Position numbers and translations under genes: made by a program. DNA of 63,583 nt, filler included, from Bigelowiella natans CCMP2755 (Eukaryota; Protista; Cercozoa): the NCBI GenBank assembly GCA_000320545.1. It is 4 parts of 4 records of this genome, joined end to end, with 100 filler letters (N's around TTAATTAATTAA, not from the genome) between each part and the next. Parts side by side here need not be neighbours in the genome. Positions count along the whole stretch, not along the records: positions 1 to 24,425 come from ADNK01001931.1; positions 24,526 to 47,345 come from ADNK01000484.1; 2 more parts are not named here. One strand, written 5' to 3'. Positions 15,345-30,307 of this stretch are shown one piece after another (position 1 is the stretch's first letter; every line of letters begins with the position of its first letter). Below the pieces are notes generated by a model. That model made no database searches, was not told the origin of the DNA, and saw only the letters and a program-made list of their open reading frames with translations.

Positions 15345-15962
15345 TATTAATATACATATATGTTAGATTAATAAATACCCAATTAATCTACACACATGCG
15401 CGCGCGCGCGCGCGCGTGCACACACACCCACACACACACGCAATTTTTTATTAAAATATATATATTTATATATATATTTATATTATTCATAAATAAAAAC
15501 ACACACACACACACACAAATTCACATTCATATTTACTCACATTCACATTCACAAATTATTATCATTAAATGAAAAAAATCATTTAAAACAAGAAAACTAG
15601 CATCTACTACCAACCAATATCTGGGATTCTATCTTCTTCCTTTGAATTGGCTGATACGTTTTTTAATCCCATCATTTTAGGAACGGGACTTACATAGACG
15701 CATTCTTTTACGTCTTTAAAGTTAGATGGTACTTGGAATCGTGGAGTTAAATCCTACAGCGTCAAATAAACATAATATATGAGAAACAAACTTGAAAAAG
15801 CCACCCACAACGAATCTGTTGGTTGTGAATACCCTAACAAACGATAATATTTATAATATTAGGCTCATATTTTATTCTATGGGCAAAAATCACCAATAAT
15901 AATATCATTCCCATAATAAAACGATTACATGGCCGCACTCGAATAATTGATATTCCTTTCAT
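11293..15962 (-). CDS. Glycosyltransferase family 32 (DxD, OCH1/SUR1-like sugar-binding region), multi-exon; start uncertain
   Basis: Spliced minus-strand exons give RIPDIVHQSWKSRSMIPDFAMDWISSWPRLNPSIKYIFWDDKDNDVLISKRFPMFLPAYRMMKPVEKADFARYVYLYEFGGVYADMDSEC. Later exons give EPLFHALLLEHRENQFASNALMGSRPKHPFWLFML, GDPVTKTGP and TFAVHNWRCTW. These match the canonical GT32 motifs IPxIxHQxW, ADxxRYxxLYxxGGxYxDxD, HPF and TGP. Confidence 0.78.
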
Positions 15963-16039
15963 CTTTTTGTGAGATTCCTCTTCGTTTTCACCTTCCTTAA
16001 CTACCTATTACTATCTTTCTTCTTCTATTCAGCTAGTGA

Positions 16040-17785
16040 TTGTCCTGTCTCTATCACCAATTATCTACGACTCGAAAATATACCTGGATATCATATTTAT
16101 CAGCTATGTGTGCATGGAATGCACTAAAAGTATTGTAAGTGATATCGGAGTCTTTCTCCTCCTCTTCTTTCCTCAAAGATAAGGGTGAAAATAAAGAAGA
16201 GGTATGGGTTTTTGAGATTCCAAAAAGTGAAAGCGAATCCTATGAACACACAAAAAAACATGGATGAAAAGGAGGAGAAGATATATATTTGTATTTGTGT
16301 TTTATGTGTGCCTACGTAATTGACGGTTCAATTGAAATAAAATCTTCCAATCCAACTTTGTAATAATACGTCTAAGATATTTTGAAGAGTCTTCCTCAAG
16401 GCTGTGGTGTTCTTCGTCAAGATACCACCGGTTATGCACTGAATACAACATAAAATTGATAATAAATATAAAGTTCTCAATAATCATAGTCATAGTATTA
16501 ACAACTAAGGGGAAACATTATATCGCTGCTTCATGCTGTTTGCTGGTAAACTATATGGGAAGATGTCGCTGTTTCTGTATGTGGGGAGTGCATTCTTCTC
16601 CCTTAACTATATTTGTCTTTTTGTTTTGTTCTTCCTTCTTCTTCTTCTTCTTCTTCTTCTTCTTCTTCATTATCATCATCATCATGCGCACCCTTCAATA
16701 AAGACCATCAAGACCCACATTGTTGTTGTTGTTGCTACTGCTGCTGGCGTCCTGGTTATCGTTATCGCTGCTGTCCAGACGTATCCATGTTGCCCCGAGT
16801 ATGTTCGTGCAGTGTTTTTTTGTGTATATGCCAAGGTTGACAGAGTATCTTTTCCTGATAATTAATTATATGCATCGTGTACATTAAAACGAAGCTAGGT
16901 GGAGGAACTTTTTCAAGAAAGTAGAGCAACTAAGACAAACAATATTTGCTACTTGTATGTAGTGTCAAAAGAAAATTTTGTTCTCTCTCTCTCTCTCTCT
17001 CTCCCCCCCCCCCCCCCCCCCTCCCCTCTTTAACTCATTTACGCACTCTAAACGTGTTGGCAGCGAATCCTTCTCTCCCCAGTTTTTCCTAATCATCAGC
17101 GATTTTCCAACAGGAAGAGAGGTATGCAATAGTCACAATTAATTTATGACCAAAGATAGAAGTGAGAGGAACCAGATACGCGAAAATCACTTTTTAATTA
17201 CTTTTATCATTAATTTTACTAAAATGATTTCCTGAGCTTGTCAAGAGAGAAAAGTAACGAAAATTTTTAAATTAACCATCATGTATCCATCATATATTTC
17301 AGCAGAAAAGATAAAGAAGGAGAAGGAGAACTGCTGTTGTTGGATAAGAAGACACTTTCCTAATCACAAAACTTATTCAACTATTTTTGTCCAGAATAAT
17401 ACGTAAACTTTATATTATAGCATAGTGTGCAGCATATTTAGTATACTACTACTACTACAACTACTACTGCTACTAATTATAATAAAAATATGAGTATGAA
17501 ACGAAGACCCACCCACCCTTGTGCTGCAAAGGATATTTGACATTTTCCCTTCTGAAGAAGTGCAATGAGCGACTCTTCCTCGTCAACACATCCGTCGCCA
17601 TTTTTGTCAAGATTTCCCATAGTAGTAGTAGTAATAGAATATTCTGACGCTGCTGCTGCCTTACTCTCCCTATGTAGTAGAAGCACTAAGGTAAACATTC
17701 AATATTTTCAAATCCCCAATAAGGTAGGTACAAATAATTAACACACACACACACACACACACACATTGAACCTACTTGTGATCAA

Positions 17786-17827
<42 letters not shown>

Positions 17828-17892
17828 TTGTGTTATTTATAAAGTATACAAACACTCAGACACACACACACACACACATACACACACATATG

Positions 17893-17929
<37 letters not shown>

Positions 17930-18392
17930 GTTTCTGTGCGTGTGTGTGTGTGTATGTGTGTGTGTGTGTGCGAGCGTACATGTATCGTTGTACAAAGCAT
18001 TATCATATCATGAAAGTAGAAGTTATATGTAGCACAAGAAATATAGTAATATGTGGATGTAAGCGTAGACCGACAGACGACTACGTATTATTATTACTAT
18101 TACTATTATTATTATTATTATTAAAATGATCATTAAATCTTGGTGCCTGGCAGAGTAAATTCTTCTAATAAGCTTGATTGTTCCATTTATGAGTTCTGAA
18201 GCCTTTTATGTATGTAGTTATTGTTAATAATAGTAATAATCCTTGAGTAGTAGTAAGAAATTGGTTGATGATGAGACCAATATAATACTTAACTTCGTTA
18301 TGTTCTCTGCATAGTGAGTAGCGACAAATTGATAACAATCAAACAAATATGGTAGGTAGGTAGGTAGTTCTCGTAGTCGTGTTGTTACTATC

Positions 18393-18450
<58 letters not shown>

Positions 18451-20045
18451 TCAATACTGATCAATAAGAGGAGCCACTACCACTACTACTACTACTACTA
18501 ATACTACTCACAGAAGAGAACCAACAAATATAATGATGATGATGATGACGATGATGATGATGATATGATGGTGATGATAATGTACGCAGTGTTTCGAATG
18601 CTTGCAAAGCAGAATAAGAAACTAACCGCAGGTGATTGATGGAATGTTGAACATCATCCATCGATCATCATCACAACCATCATAGCTACAATTTTACAAA
18701 GAAGTAAGTGTGTCATTATCACATTACGCAGTGCTTAGAGGAGGCGGAGGAGGAGGAGGACTTCCACTGCTACTACTGCTACTACTACTAGTAGTAGTAG
18801 TGTACCTTTGCTTTCAAAGGTCCTTGCTTACGAAGTTGTTCCACGGCTTTGATCTTCCATGAATCAAATCGAGATAATTGGTCTTACGACGACGATGATG
18901 ATGACGATGATGATGATGATGACAGAACTACTGTCAAGACTACTGCAGCTCTACTATAGGCTATAATGAGAAGGAAGGTATTGATTGTTGTGGTGTACCT
19001 CTTTATGTGTATCAATACACCCATTCCTATCAAGATCACACCTTTCCAAACTACGCAGTACCTAAGGAGGAGGAGGAGGAGGGGGAACTCATTATTATGT
19101 TACTAATCGTGCGTTTTGTAGATCTTTATGGTCATCAATACGTTATGAATAGTATGCTTGCGAGATGGTGATGATGCTCATTGTTTCATCATTCAAATTA
19201 ACAGGGAATCAACTTAGATTTATGTTTTTTGGATATTATCAATAAGTTAATTGATATGACTAGCATTATCCATATATTACCTTTGTTTGAAATAAAAGGG
19301 ACATTACATCGAGAAGTGATATTTCATCCGGAGCGTACTGAAGAGGACACATTTCCGTGTATATATCTTTAGCCTCAGGAAACCTTAAGAGGAAGATGTG
19401 ACGTGAGTAAGTAAATACTGATAGTAGCAAGTGCATGTATCAATTAACTAACACTTACTTCCTTTTGGCATTTTCCATCCCACAAGCACAGCATGGGTCC
19501 TCATCCTCCCCCTCTTCTACTTCTTCTTGTTCTTCCTCTTGTTGTTGTTGTTTCTCCACTTCAAGATCATCTCTCTGGATCCCATAACTACCATATACTG
19601 TTTCTGTATTATCATCATTTTTCAACGCAGCATAACGTCAATTCAAACGTAAGAAAAAGAAGAAGGGAGTCAATACATACATTTAGGAAGCGTCTGTTTG
19701 TCGCTGTATGCGTGCGTTCATGCTGTTGTATTTATCGTATACTACTACTCTATACAATTTGAGCCACCACCGAATGATAATATCCCAAAAGTATAATCAT
19801 CATTATCGTCATCATCATCAAAAACAACAATTGTTGTCACCATAGTCTGCACACACGCACTAAGGTGTAGTTGATGTTATTCTCGTAGTACGTACCATGT
19901 GATGTAGTAGTAGCTATTTCTCCCTCCTCCGCCATGGCATTGACGCTACTCGGTTTCTTGTTCTTCTTCTTCTTCTTCGTGTTGTGATGTGTTAGGAAAG
20001 AGGAAACAAGAAGAAGAAGGGTATTATTCGTCCATCGAGTAATAT

Positions 20046-20082
<37 letters not shown>

Positions 20083-20178
20083 TAGTAGGAGGAGGAGGAG
20101 TACACGTTAGAAAAAGAAGAAGACAAGAAGCGCCAAAATGCATAATAATAATGAACATTTCTAACTCAGCAAATGAAC

Positions 20179-20212
<34 letters not shown>

Positions 20213-20658
20213 TTTAGTAGCAGTAGTACAGAAAAATAGAAAAGAATAATGGTTTTAGTACGTTGGTGTTGTTTTTCTTTTTAGCATTGACTGGACATCG
20301 TCTGGATAGCGAAGTAATGTACATGTTAATGTGGTGATGATGATAATGATCATAATGGTGGTGGGAACAGTGATGATGATAATGACCAAGATACTACTAC
20401 TACTATTACTACTACTACTACTACTACTACTACCTGTAAAATGAGCCACATTTCCCCTGAAGAGGAATACACCTAGAAGGGACCAAATTATTGTTTATTT
20501 GCCATATTGAAAAACGTCCACCAACAGAAACATATATTATCAACAATATGTAAGACAAAGAATCAATGAATAGATATAAGAGATACAGAGAAATGATGTT
20601 ACATTAATATAGTATATATTTATAATATATTATTTATGTTTCGAATGAGCTACAACAT

Positions 20659-20693
<35 letters not shown>

Positions 20694-20960
20694 ACATGAT
20701 CCAACATCATATTGCTTATTATGCGTATACTACTACTTTGAAAGCCAATGGCAGAATGTTCCTGATGTTTCCGCACTTGTTTTGTTGCATTGTCGAGCCC
20801 CTATGATGATGATGATTATGATGATTATGATGATTTGATAAGAACTATTTATATGTAGTATGCACCAATCGTAGTTGCAGTAGTAGTAGTAGTAATAACT
20901 GATAATGATGGTGATGCTAGTAGTAGTAGTAGTAGTTGTAGTAGTAGTAGCCTTCAGCAT

Positions 20961-21003
<43 letters not shown>

Positions 21004-21529
21004 ATGGGAATGCAGTGATGAATATGGGTAGTATTAGTATTAGTATTAGTATTAGTAGTAGTAGTAGTTTCTATGAAGCAACTACTAGTACTACTAACCT
21101 ATTTCTATGAAGCAGCTCGTTGGAAATGAATCACTGCTACTATAACTGTAAGCTGCCCTTCCAGTGTACCTAGAGTTGAACGAAGAAGAAGAAGAAGAAG
21201 AAGAAGAAGAAGAAGAAGGAGGAGGGGGGGGGGGTAAGAAAGACATTCTATGAATGTTCGTTTTGCATGATAAATAGTGAATAAAATGACCTTGTTGTAA
21301 TCTAGAAAGATTAGCTGTTTTTGTTAGTTATTAGTATAAGCTGTACGGTCAGTAGTACCAAGAGTTGTAGTCGTCATTTTGACTATCATCATCATTATTT
21401 AACTGTAACGAAGTAGTTACTGATGATGGTGATTCTTTGTTGTCGTCATACTAAGTAGTAGTAGTAGTAGTAGTAGTAGTAGAAGTACAAGAGCAGTACA
21501 AGGATTGGGGGAGGGGGGAATGGTGGCAC

Positions 21530-21560
<31 letters not shown>

Positions 21561-21595
21561 CATTAGAAGAGATATTGATCATTCCAGTGCTGTTG

Positions 21596-21636
<41 letters not shown>

Positions 21637-21778
21637 GATACATTGGACGAAATACATATATGTTTTCATTGTTATTATCAATATTATCATAATTTCTTTA
21701 TTATCATCGATGATAACGCATCAGGAAAGTGATGATGATGATGATGATGACGACGACGACGACGACGTTCAAAGGGAG

Positions 21779-21816
<38 letters not shown>

Positions 21817-22772
21817 ATGTATGTGTGTGTGTGTGTGTGCGTGTGCGTGTGCGTGCGTGTTTGTGTATGTGTTTTTGTATATATTCAGCGAGTAGTCTCA
21901 CCACAGAGAAATCGTCATCATTAGTCCAGGAGAAGGAGGAGGAGGAGGATCCTGAAGAATCATCATCTTCTTAATGATAAATGTGATGATTATGATGATC
22001 ATTTCACCATCATCTGCTGCTATCACTACCACCATTGTCGTCGTAAGTTTTCCCAGCTATCCAATCTGAACAACAACAACAACAACAACAACATTTAATT
22101 ATCGCATATCCTTCAATACAAAAACAGCAACAACAAAAACAACAACAACATTATTTTTTCGCATATCCTTCAATCACAAAGCAATAGAAGGAAGGATGCA
22201 AGATGCTACAAAGACAGTGTTTAGTCTTCATTGCAGCAGCCACCATTATAAGAAGAAGAAACAGGGCCAACATTCCATAGAGCGGTTTGTTGATGATATG
22301 GTGATGATTACGGTGATGGTGATGACGAGTCGATATCTTGCACTACTAGTACTGTACTAGTACTGTACTACTACTGCTGCTGCTACTACTACTGCTACAA
22401 CTACTACCATAAGCAAGACTACTTACTACTTACTTACTACGACCCAGCACCAGGGCCGATTACTCACATCATCATCATCATCATCATCATCATCATATAA
22501 TCGATTTCTACCTCTCAGACTATTCATCATTGATATCTTCTTCTTTTTCCTCCTTGTTCTGATAGCATCGGCCCTCTTAACGCCTCTAAATCGGTCATAG
22601 TACTGTTGGTGCTCACCTACGATATAGTTGCGTTAAGGGTGGTGAAGGATGCCAAAAATCAACAGCTTGTTCACGAGGAACGAATCCTGTATATATATCT
22701 TATCACCATCATCATCATGTGCAAGTTTTGTTTGTTGATTTGCAAGACAAGAATATGATCGATGTCATATAA

Positions 22773-22820
<48 letters not shown>

Positions 22821-23147
22821 TCGTGATCACAAATAAGCCACACACCGTATTCAAGGATCGGCAAGTATTGCACGTGCATGTGTGTGTGTGTGTGTGAGTG
22901 TGTGTGAGTGTACATGTGCCTGTGCACGCACGATCACGTAAAATCTTGGTTGTTTAACTTACCCTGGTCTGCATAATCCCATTGGTGCTGTTTCGAAAGA
23001 GAAGATGCTGGTGAGGATGATGATGTTGATGATGATGATGAGAACCACCAGTCATCATCAAATAATACCATCCCTCTAATGTCCCAAAACGCCGACAGAT
23101 TTGCCTTAGTTGTGAAGTAGATAAAGTAGTGAGAATACAGCATGGTG

Positions 23148-23185
<38 letters not shown>

Positions 23186-23560
23186 TCCTAATATAATCAA
23201 CAACATGTTTAGTAGGTGGCAATCCATGAGAGAGAATCAATAAGTAGTAGATAAGATAGATTGATGGATAACGAACTGCTCAACAACAAAAACCACTACT
23301 TGCTTTGTACTACTTTCTTCATAAATCCTTCTCCTTCATCAATCATCTGTTATTAACCCTATTGTTTTCCGCAGCTACCTAGCACCAACACCCCCTCTAC
23401 CTGGACTTCAATACTACGTATCTTCTGTCTCTATTTCTAATGATGTTCGAAAAGTAGTAGTTATGCGTAGTATAAAATTTTCAATACTGACGAGGATGAG
23501 CACGAAGATGAGGACGCAAAGGAACAAATCGTAAATAGTTACTCCTCGCTTCTCGCAGTC
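16040..23560 (-). CDS. Hypothetical multi-exon protein with EF-hand-like loops and an N-terminal hydrophobic segment; exon chain not fully resolved
   Basis: Minus-strand exon-like blocks: LDKNGDGCVDEEE (about 17615-17575), ERCDLDRNGCIDTHKE (about 19050-19005), DQLSRFDSWKIKAVEQLRKQGPLKAK (about 18885-18805), GFVPREQAVDFWHPSPPLTQLYR (about 22685-22620) and TM-like TIYDLFLCVLIFVLILVSIENF (about 23540-23470). Confidence 0.35.
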
Positions 23561-24425
23561 CTAGGATATCACAATAATAAGAATAATACCATGAGTGGTA
23601 TGTATGATGGGGGAGTTGCTGTTACAGATATGGATGAAGGGGGGGCATATGTGATTTTATTTCAGAGAAAATGTCATCATCCTCCACAAATCATCTTCCC
23701 TCGAAGTCATCACTCGGTACACCATGTTCTATTTTATGTAAATTAGAACTCGCACCATCTTTAGGCGATTTAATTGCATTCGCATTCGACGCATCTAGAT
23801 GTTGTAGCTCCACGAGCGTGCGTCAGCCGCTGCGACAACGAGACAGGTTGCAGCTGCAAGTGTCAGGCTCGAATAGGTGTAATGTGTGTTTTGTGTGTGT
23901 TTGTGTGTGTGTGTGTGTTGGTGGTGTTGGTGGTGTTGTTGTCGTATCCTTGGTTTTGTAGCTCTATTTTGACCTGCGACAACATATATCCATTGTTTTC
24001 TTCTACTATCATTCTTTGGAGCTTAAGCTACTTTTTCGGAAGTGAAGATGTAATGATCATTACATGGGAAGAACTTCGCAATAACAATACCTACGGAACA
24101 ACTAGGGAAACAACTAATATTCATTGAAAGAACTTCGTAATAGCAATACCTATGCAACAAATAACAAAACAACAAAAACAACAAAAACAACAAAAACAAC
24201 AACAACCCATATCTCGATATCTATCTAGAAGGAGGAGGAGGAGAAGACTAATGAAGGCACTAATCAACTTATTGACTAATGAAGGCAATCAACTTAATGG
24301 CTTTGCATTTCGTAATGATGATGATGATTATGATGATGATGACGATAATGATGATGACGATCTATTGGTTTTGCTCATTGGTCAATTACCTACTAGGTTA
24401 TAATCGAAGACGACTACGATGCAGT

Positions 24426-24525
24426 NNNNNNNNNNNNNNNNNNNNNNNNNNNNNNNNNNNNNNNNNNNNTTAATTAATTAANNNNNNNNNNNNNNNNNNN
24501 NNNNNNNNNNNNNNNNNNNNNNNNN
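24426..24525. other. Assembly spacer (44N-TTAATTAATTAA-44N)
   Basis: The 100-nt structure is identical at all three gaps. TTAATTAATTAA gives stops in all six frames, typical of artificial contig linkers. Confidence 0.95.
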
Positions 24526-24589
<64 letters not shown>

Positions 24590-24792
24590 GAGGAGGGAGG
24601 GAGGGGAGGGGAGGGGGAGGGGGAGGGAGGAGGGAGGGAGGGAGGGAGGGAGGAGAGAGAGAGAGACGAACGAGAGACAGAGAAAGAAGAAGCCCGAGTT
24701 TTAAATTTGGTTCGAATCAAAGCTCTTCTGACTGTCATCATCATCATCATCATCATCATCGGAAGAAAAGAACAGAAGCACGCATGTCACTG

Positions 24793-24824
<32 letters not shown>

Positions 24825-24863
24825 GCTACTACTACTGCATATTATTAGATGATGAAGAACAAC

Positions 24864-26199
24864 CTCTCCCTCGGGATCGCAGTCCAGCCACAACACCACC
24901 AGCTCACACCCTTTCACAAACACACTCATCATCATCATCATCATCATCATCACCATCATCATCATATTCATCATCACAACAGCAATGCTCTTGAGAGAAT
25001 CCATCTTGCGAGGTAAAGCATATACGGCGTGGCTACGAATTCGGTCGGTTAATCAGGCTAACGACCCCCCCCCCCCCTCCCTCTCACCATTTGCGACGGC
25101 CTGCAGGTGCCGTAATATCGAGCCCGAGGCTGATAACGATGGGAAGATTTGTTAGACGATGAGGAAAGGAGCGGGGGGGGGAGGGGGGGGGGGGAGAGAG
25201 AAATATGAGATGCGTTATTACATGGCGTCTTCTTCGATGGAGCGGCAAACATCACCTCCGGATCCGTGCGTTCCCACGACTGAGTAGCAAACCAAAGAAT
25301 ATCAATCATAAACAATCAAATCATGATCAATGTGCTAAGCAGGAAATATTCCACAGAATTTGCCCTAACACATTCGGCAATTATGAGTAGAAATTCGATG
25401 ATGCTTCCTTCTCCTCTCGCTTTACAGAAGGAAACCGAAAAAGCCCACAAAAATAGCACGGGCGCTATTCGTCTTCTTCATCGTCCTTGGAGCACCAACC
25501 TCGTAGCCCTGAACATAATCGGTGCCGTACACGTGCCCTGGAAACATGATAGGCCAAGAGGCCAAGAGAAGGGGTAGGGAAAGAGAGAGAGAGGGAGAGA
25601 GAGAGAGAGAGAAAGAGAGAGGAATAGAGAGAAAAAGGAGAGGGACACCAGACATATGCTCAGTAAATGGTCTAAAATCTAACAGTGAATAGGATGGGAG
25701 TGAGGAGGAAGAAGAGAAGGAAGAAGAGGAAGAAAAAGGAGCGAGAGAATCAGAAGAAAGTAGAGATTGGAAAAGAGGGACTAAGTACTACCTGTGACAC
25801 TCGTCACGCGGAACGTGCAGTTATTGGCTCCGAGAAAATCGGACTGTGCATCGTGTATTATCGTTTGTCAAGGGGAGGAGGAGGAGGAGGAGGAACAGCA
25901 GCAGCAGCACATTTCATAACAAGAAAGGGAGAAAACAGGCAGCTCCAAGGTAAGATATATGCAAGTCTCTTTCGCCTATGGTGGCTGAGTAGCGACGATG
26001 ATGATCAAAGCGGCGGAGATTATGCAACGATCAACGACGAAGAAGAAGGGAAGAGTGACAGTTCCAGTTGTAGTAGATGGTAGCTTTGCTACAGAATGAA
26101 TGAATAATAGCACCTTGAAGACATGTACGGGCGTGGAGTAAGGATGCCTATTTAGCGTCTCGTAGCCATGGCCTCCTCTCCCTGCGGGGTTTATATTAT

Positions 26200-26238
<39 letters not shown>

Positions 26239-26612
26239 AATACGTCCGCAATTCACGAATGGGTTTCATCTCGTCTTTGCACTTCTCCTCCGGAGACAGC
26301 AAACACCATCATCACGTCATCGCATCATCATCAACCTCTCAACCAACTACAACAAATACGCGTATCGTGCTTTTTTGAATCAGAACCGTCATCGCTTTCG
26401 TCAGCATCCGGTCCCCCGCCCCCACGATTGGAAAACGCCTGCTCGAATGCATCGTATCAACATCAATTTTCCTAAGTTAATAAGTTAAGAAGTGGTAGGG
26501 TTGTGTTCCACGGCAACGTTTCGATGTATGGCTTCCTCATCAACCCCCCTCCTCGATATCATCAAGAATGTATTCGGTGAGGGGGCTGAGAACACACACG
26601 CGCACGCACGCA

Positions 26613-26651
<39 letters not shown>

Positions 26652-26713
26652 CTACAGCTTACTTTGGCCAACGCCTCCGCAATTGAGGGTTTCTCCGCAA
26701 TGTGTAGTACGAT
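24864..26713 (-). CDS. TOP3: DNA topoisomerase III (type IA, TOP3B-like) Toprim domain exons; remainder lost at the assembly gap
   Basis: Exons: 26713-26663 IVLHIAEKPSIAEALAK; HPYSTPVHVFK; SDFLGANNCTFRVTSVT|GHVYGTDYVQGYE; SWERTDPEVMFAAPSKK; LRHLQAVAN|GCELVVLWLDCDPEGE (24910-24864). These contain the diagnostic AEKPS, TSVxGH and LWLDCDxEGE motifs. Confidence 0.88.
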
Positions 26714-26769
26714 CTATAGATGACAACGGCACGCGAAAGAGAGTAAACAAAAATGCACCATCCCATTCC

Positions 26770-26810
<41 letters not shown>

Positions 26811-26849
26811 CCCTCCCTTCCAAAAATTCCTTTATTTTATGTCAATTTT

Positions 26850-27212
26850 CTTTTCTAGAGATCGAGATGAAGGAGGGGGGGGGGGGGGGGGGGCGAAGGG
26901 TCGAAGGGGTTTGGTTCCATACCCGGAACCCATTTGTTTGCTCACTACCCCATAAATCGACTGGTCCGAGGTTGCCTTGCCCCTACCTCTGCTCTGGCGT
27001 TCTGGCCCGTGCCCCGCCTTGCTCAGACAGTCGCGAACGTGGAATTCTGGTATGCCAAGATTCCAAAAGTTCCCTCGTTTCCGGCTCAAAGTCTCTCTCC
27101 TTCGTAGCCTCTATGAACCAGTGCCTGTGCTGGGGGGTTCTTTGTAGGGTGGGTGGTTGGTCGTATCCTCGGAGCCCATTGCTTCCGTAATTCCCCCTAA
27201 AATCACGCACAG

Positions 27213-27251
<39 letters not shown>

Positions 27252-27601
27252 GCATACGACAGGCTCACAAGAGAGAATAGAAACAAGTAAACAGAAAGGA
27301 GAAACCCGAAGCATTCGACTCAGCCAATCATCCTCTACCTTGAAGCACCGCAATACATACACCCTTCCCTCTCCCTGGTTACTCAATGATTTCAGAGCAT
27401 GGAGGGAGGGAGGAAGAAGATGACCATGCACTCAGCTACTACCCACCTCGTGGAATCGGTATGCAAGATCAAAAGTCTCGTCCGGCTCAAAGTCTCTCTC
27501 CTTCGTAGCCTCTGACAGTGCCTGTGCTGTTCTTGTAGTGGTGGTGGCACTTTTACCTAAACACACACACACACACACACACGCATACATAAAATAGTGC
27601 G

Positions 27602-27642
<41 letters not shown>

Positions 27643-28105
27643 CGTTCGGTGTGGTTCTGCTTTCTCCAGCACTACTAGTACTCACTACCGTCGCTTGAAG
27701 AGGCTTCATCGTCGCTACATTCACAGCCAACCAGCGTTTCCCGTATCGTGGATATATGAGAAGGGATGATGATGGTGATGATGGTGATGATGGTGATGAT
27801 GATGATGGTGATGGTGATGATGGTGGCAGTGGTGCGGCAGGGTAAAGAAAAAGAGAGAGCCTCAAAAACGATTTATGCACGTAATATCAGCGAGCCACAG
27901 AGAGGGATAGAGAGAGAGAGGAGTGACGCAGCAGCAGCAGGAGCAGGAGCAGGAGCTGCAGCAGCATCAGCCTGTATTATTATCATTATTATGATTATTA
28001 TTTACGAGAAGTCTGAGTCTCCTTCTCGGAACACATTGACGAATCTAGAGGTGAGATGGTGGGAGGGTCATTGAAGAAGTTGTAGAGCGGGTGGTGGATA
28101 GCGAA

Positions 28106-28139
<34 letters not shown>

Positions 28140-28733
28140 CGTCATTTTCTATTAGGCCACAGAAGCACACCTCTTTCTCTCCACCTCCATCTACCCCCCC
28201 CCCCTCATCTCTCATTTGCCGGTTCTCCCCTCTCATGCAGCACGAGGAGTCAACAAGCACTGACAGCATCACGATGGCTCCAAAACACAACTCGTGGAAC
28301 AGGCAGTTCCGTTACCGAATGACTTCGGGCTCCGGCCTACTTCGTCTCCCCCTGCGCCCTCTGTTTTGTTTGTATGGGGGGGGCGTTCGTGTGGGTGTGA
28401 GTGTGTGTGTTCGCTGTACACCCTTCCTTGAATATCACTATCATAATTATAGCTATTTATTACGAGTAGTCGGATTCATCCCGTTTGGGTAGATGTGCCC
28501 ATTTGCCCTCCGCTCCCTCCTCCTCCTCCCCGTGACGCCTTCTCCCGTTTGTTACCTGTTACAGACATTTGAAGGATCATGTAGTAAAGAACAAGGAACA
28601 GGAAGGAGGGGGAGATGGCATACATACCGCAGCACGGCAAATCATACACCCCCTTCCCCCCACACACACACTCATATATCATATATACATGGTCGAGTAT
28701 ATCGTGTCACAATATGTATCATAAGAGAGAGAA

Positions 28734-28777
<44 letters not shown>

Positions 28778-29238
28778 TGGAAGTGCAGCATAACAAAGAG
28801 CAAAAAGGACCACCGTCACCCCACCAACAAGCACGCACACCTCTTTGATCATTTGCCACGGATCCCTTTGCTGCTGCTGCTGAGCAGCAGCAGCAGCAGC
28901 AGCCATCACTACGGCTCGGCGTGAGCGATGCCCTCCAATCCCCTCCTCCTCGAAGCTCTTTCCTACCAAGAAGCTGTTATCGTTATTACGATCATTGGAG
29001 GAGGAGGAAGTGCTTCCTCGTCCCCGTCCTCGGCCCCTCCCTCTTCCGAGCCCAGACGCCTGTTGGTGTGTGCCTGCTGCTGCTCCTTGTGGTGCCCCCC
29101 TCCCCCTCCCCCTCCCCCTTCCTCTTCCGGTGCCTCCTGATGGTCAACGTACACGCGCATGCATCCGTCAACACAAAAGAATGCATACAAGCACATACAC
29201 ATAATATCCATATTTTATATATACATGTATTTATATTT

Positions 29239-29282
<44 letters not shown>

Positions 29283-30265
29283 TATTTAACTAATTGCATG
29301 GGGGGAATATTGGGTAAATGCTGAGATGTTACTTTGAGATGTTAAACTGATGATTTCTCTCTACATGCTACGCGCGAGCGTGTGTGTACTGGAAATACAA
29401 CTCGTTACTTGTCTTCTTTTACCGGGTTTTTGCTGCTGCTGAGAACGCACCGAAGAGGAGGTAGAGGTTGTTGTAGGTACTCGACCCCTTCCAAGGGAAA
29501 CCCTGGTGCTTGTGCTGCTGCTTGTTCCATGACCTCTTCCTAAAGCACCCTTCACCTACATGATGAACATAAAGACGAAAAGAAGGAGAAGAGGAAGATG
29601 AGATGATAACCACAATGATGATGCCCACCACAGCAACGGGCGGACCTCATTTAGAGCGGATTTAATATGTGTGCGGGTGAAAGTGCAAGTGCGTGTACGC
29701 AGAAGATGTGTGGGTGTAGCACACATCATTTCGATTCTGTCTTGATTATATTACACACACGCGCACGTGTACACACACGCGCACGCGCGCGCACATGCAC
29801 ACTATACAAACCAGGCGCTTCGCCACATCGGTATCCAGACCCTTCCGAACTGCAGGTTTTGCTTGAGGAACAAAGAAGGATGCGGGAGAGGAGGGGGAAA
29901 CGATATGTACATATATTTAGGAATACAGCACACCGTGTGTGTCGTCGTCGTCGTAAAAGTTGAAACACAGTATTCATATATTGAATGCCTATCTTGCACA
30001 CATGACAAATCGCAGAAACGGGTGAGGGACCAGCACCATGGCTCGATTTGGAGAGTCTTGCCTTGGTTTGGTACTGCCTCTGCCTTTGCACGGACGAAGG
30101 GAAGGAGGAGGAGGAGGAGGAGGAGGAAGACGCGTATCCTTGAGCTGAGGTCGCTTTCCCACTGATGTAAGGCGCATCCTCTCCCTTGGGAGTGCCACAG
30201 GCTGAGCAGAACAGGTAACCCGGGGGGTTGCGAAGAGTGCACGCTTTGCATGCCCCTACCATGTA

Positions 30266-30307
<42 letters not shown>

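Noticed and set aside
27470-27580. Degenerate second copy of 27060-27160
   Set aside because: It differs mainly by collapsed homopolymers and 1-4 nt deletions, typical of a low-quality read end merged into the assembly.
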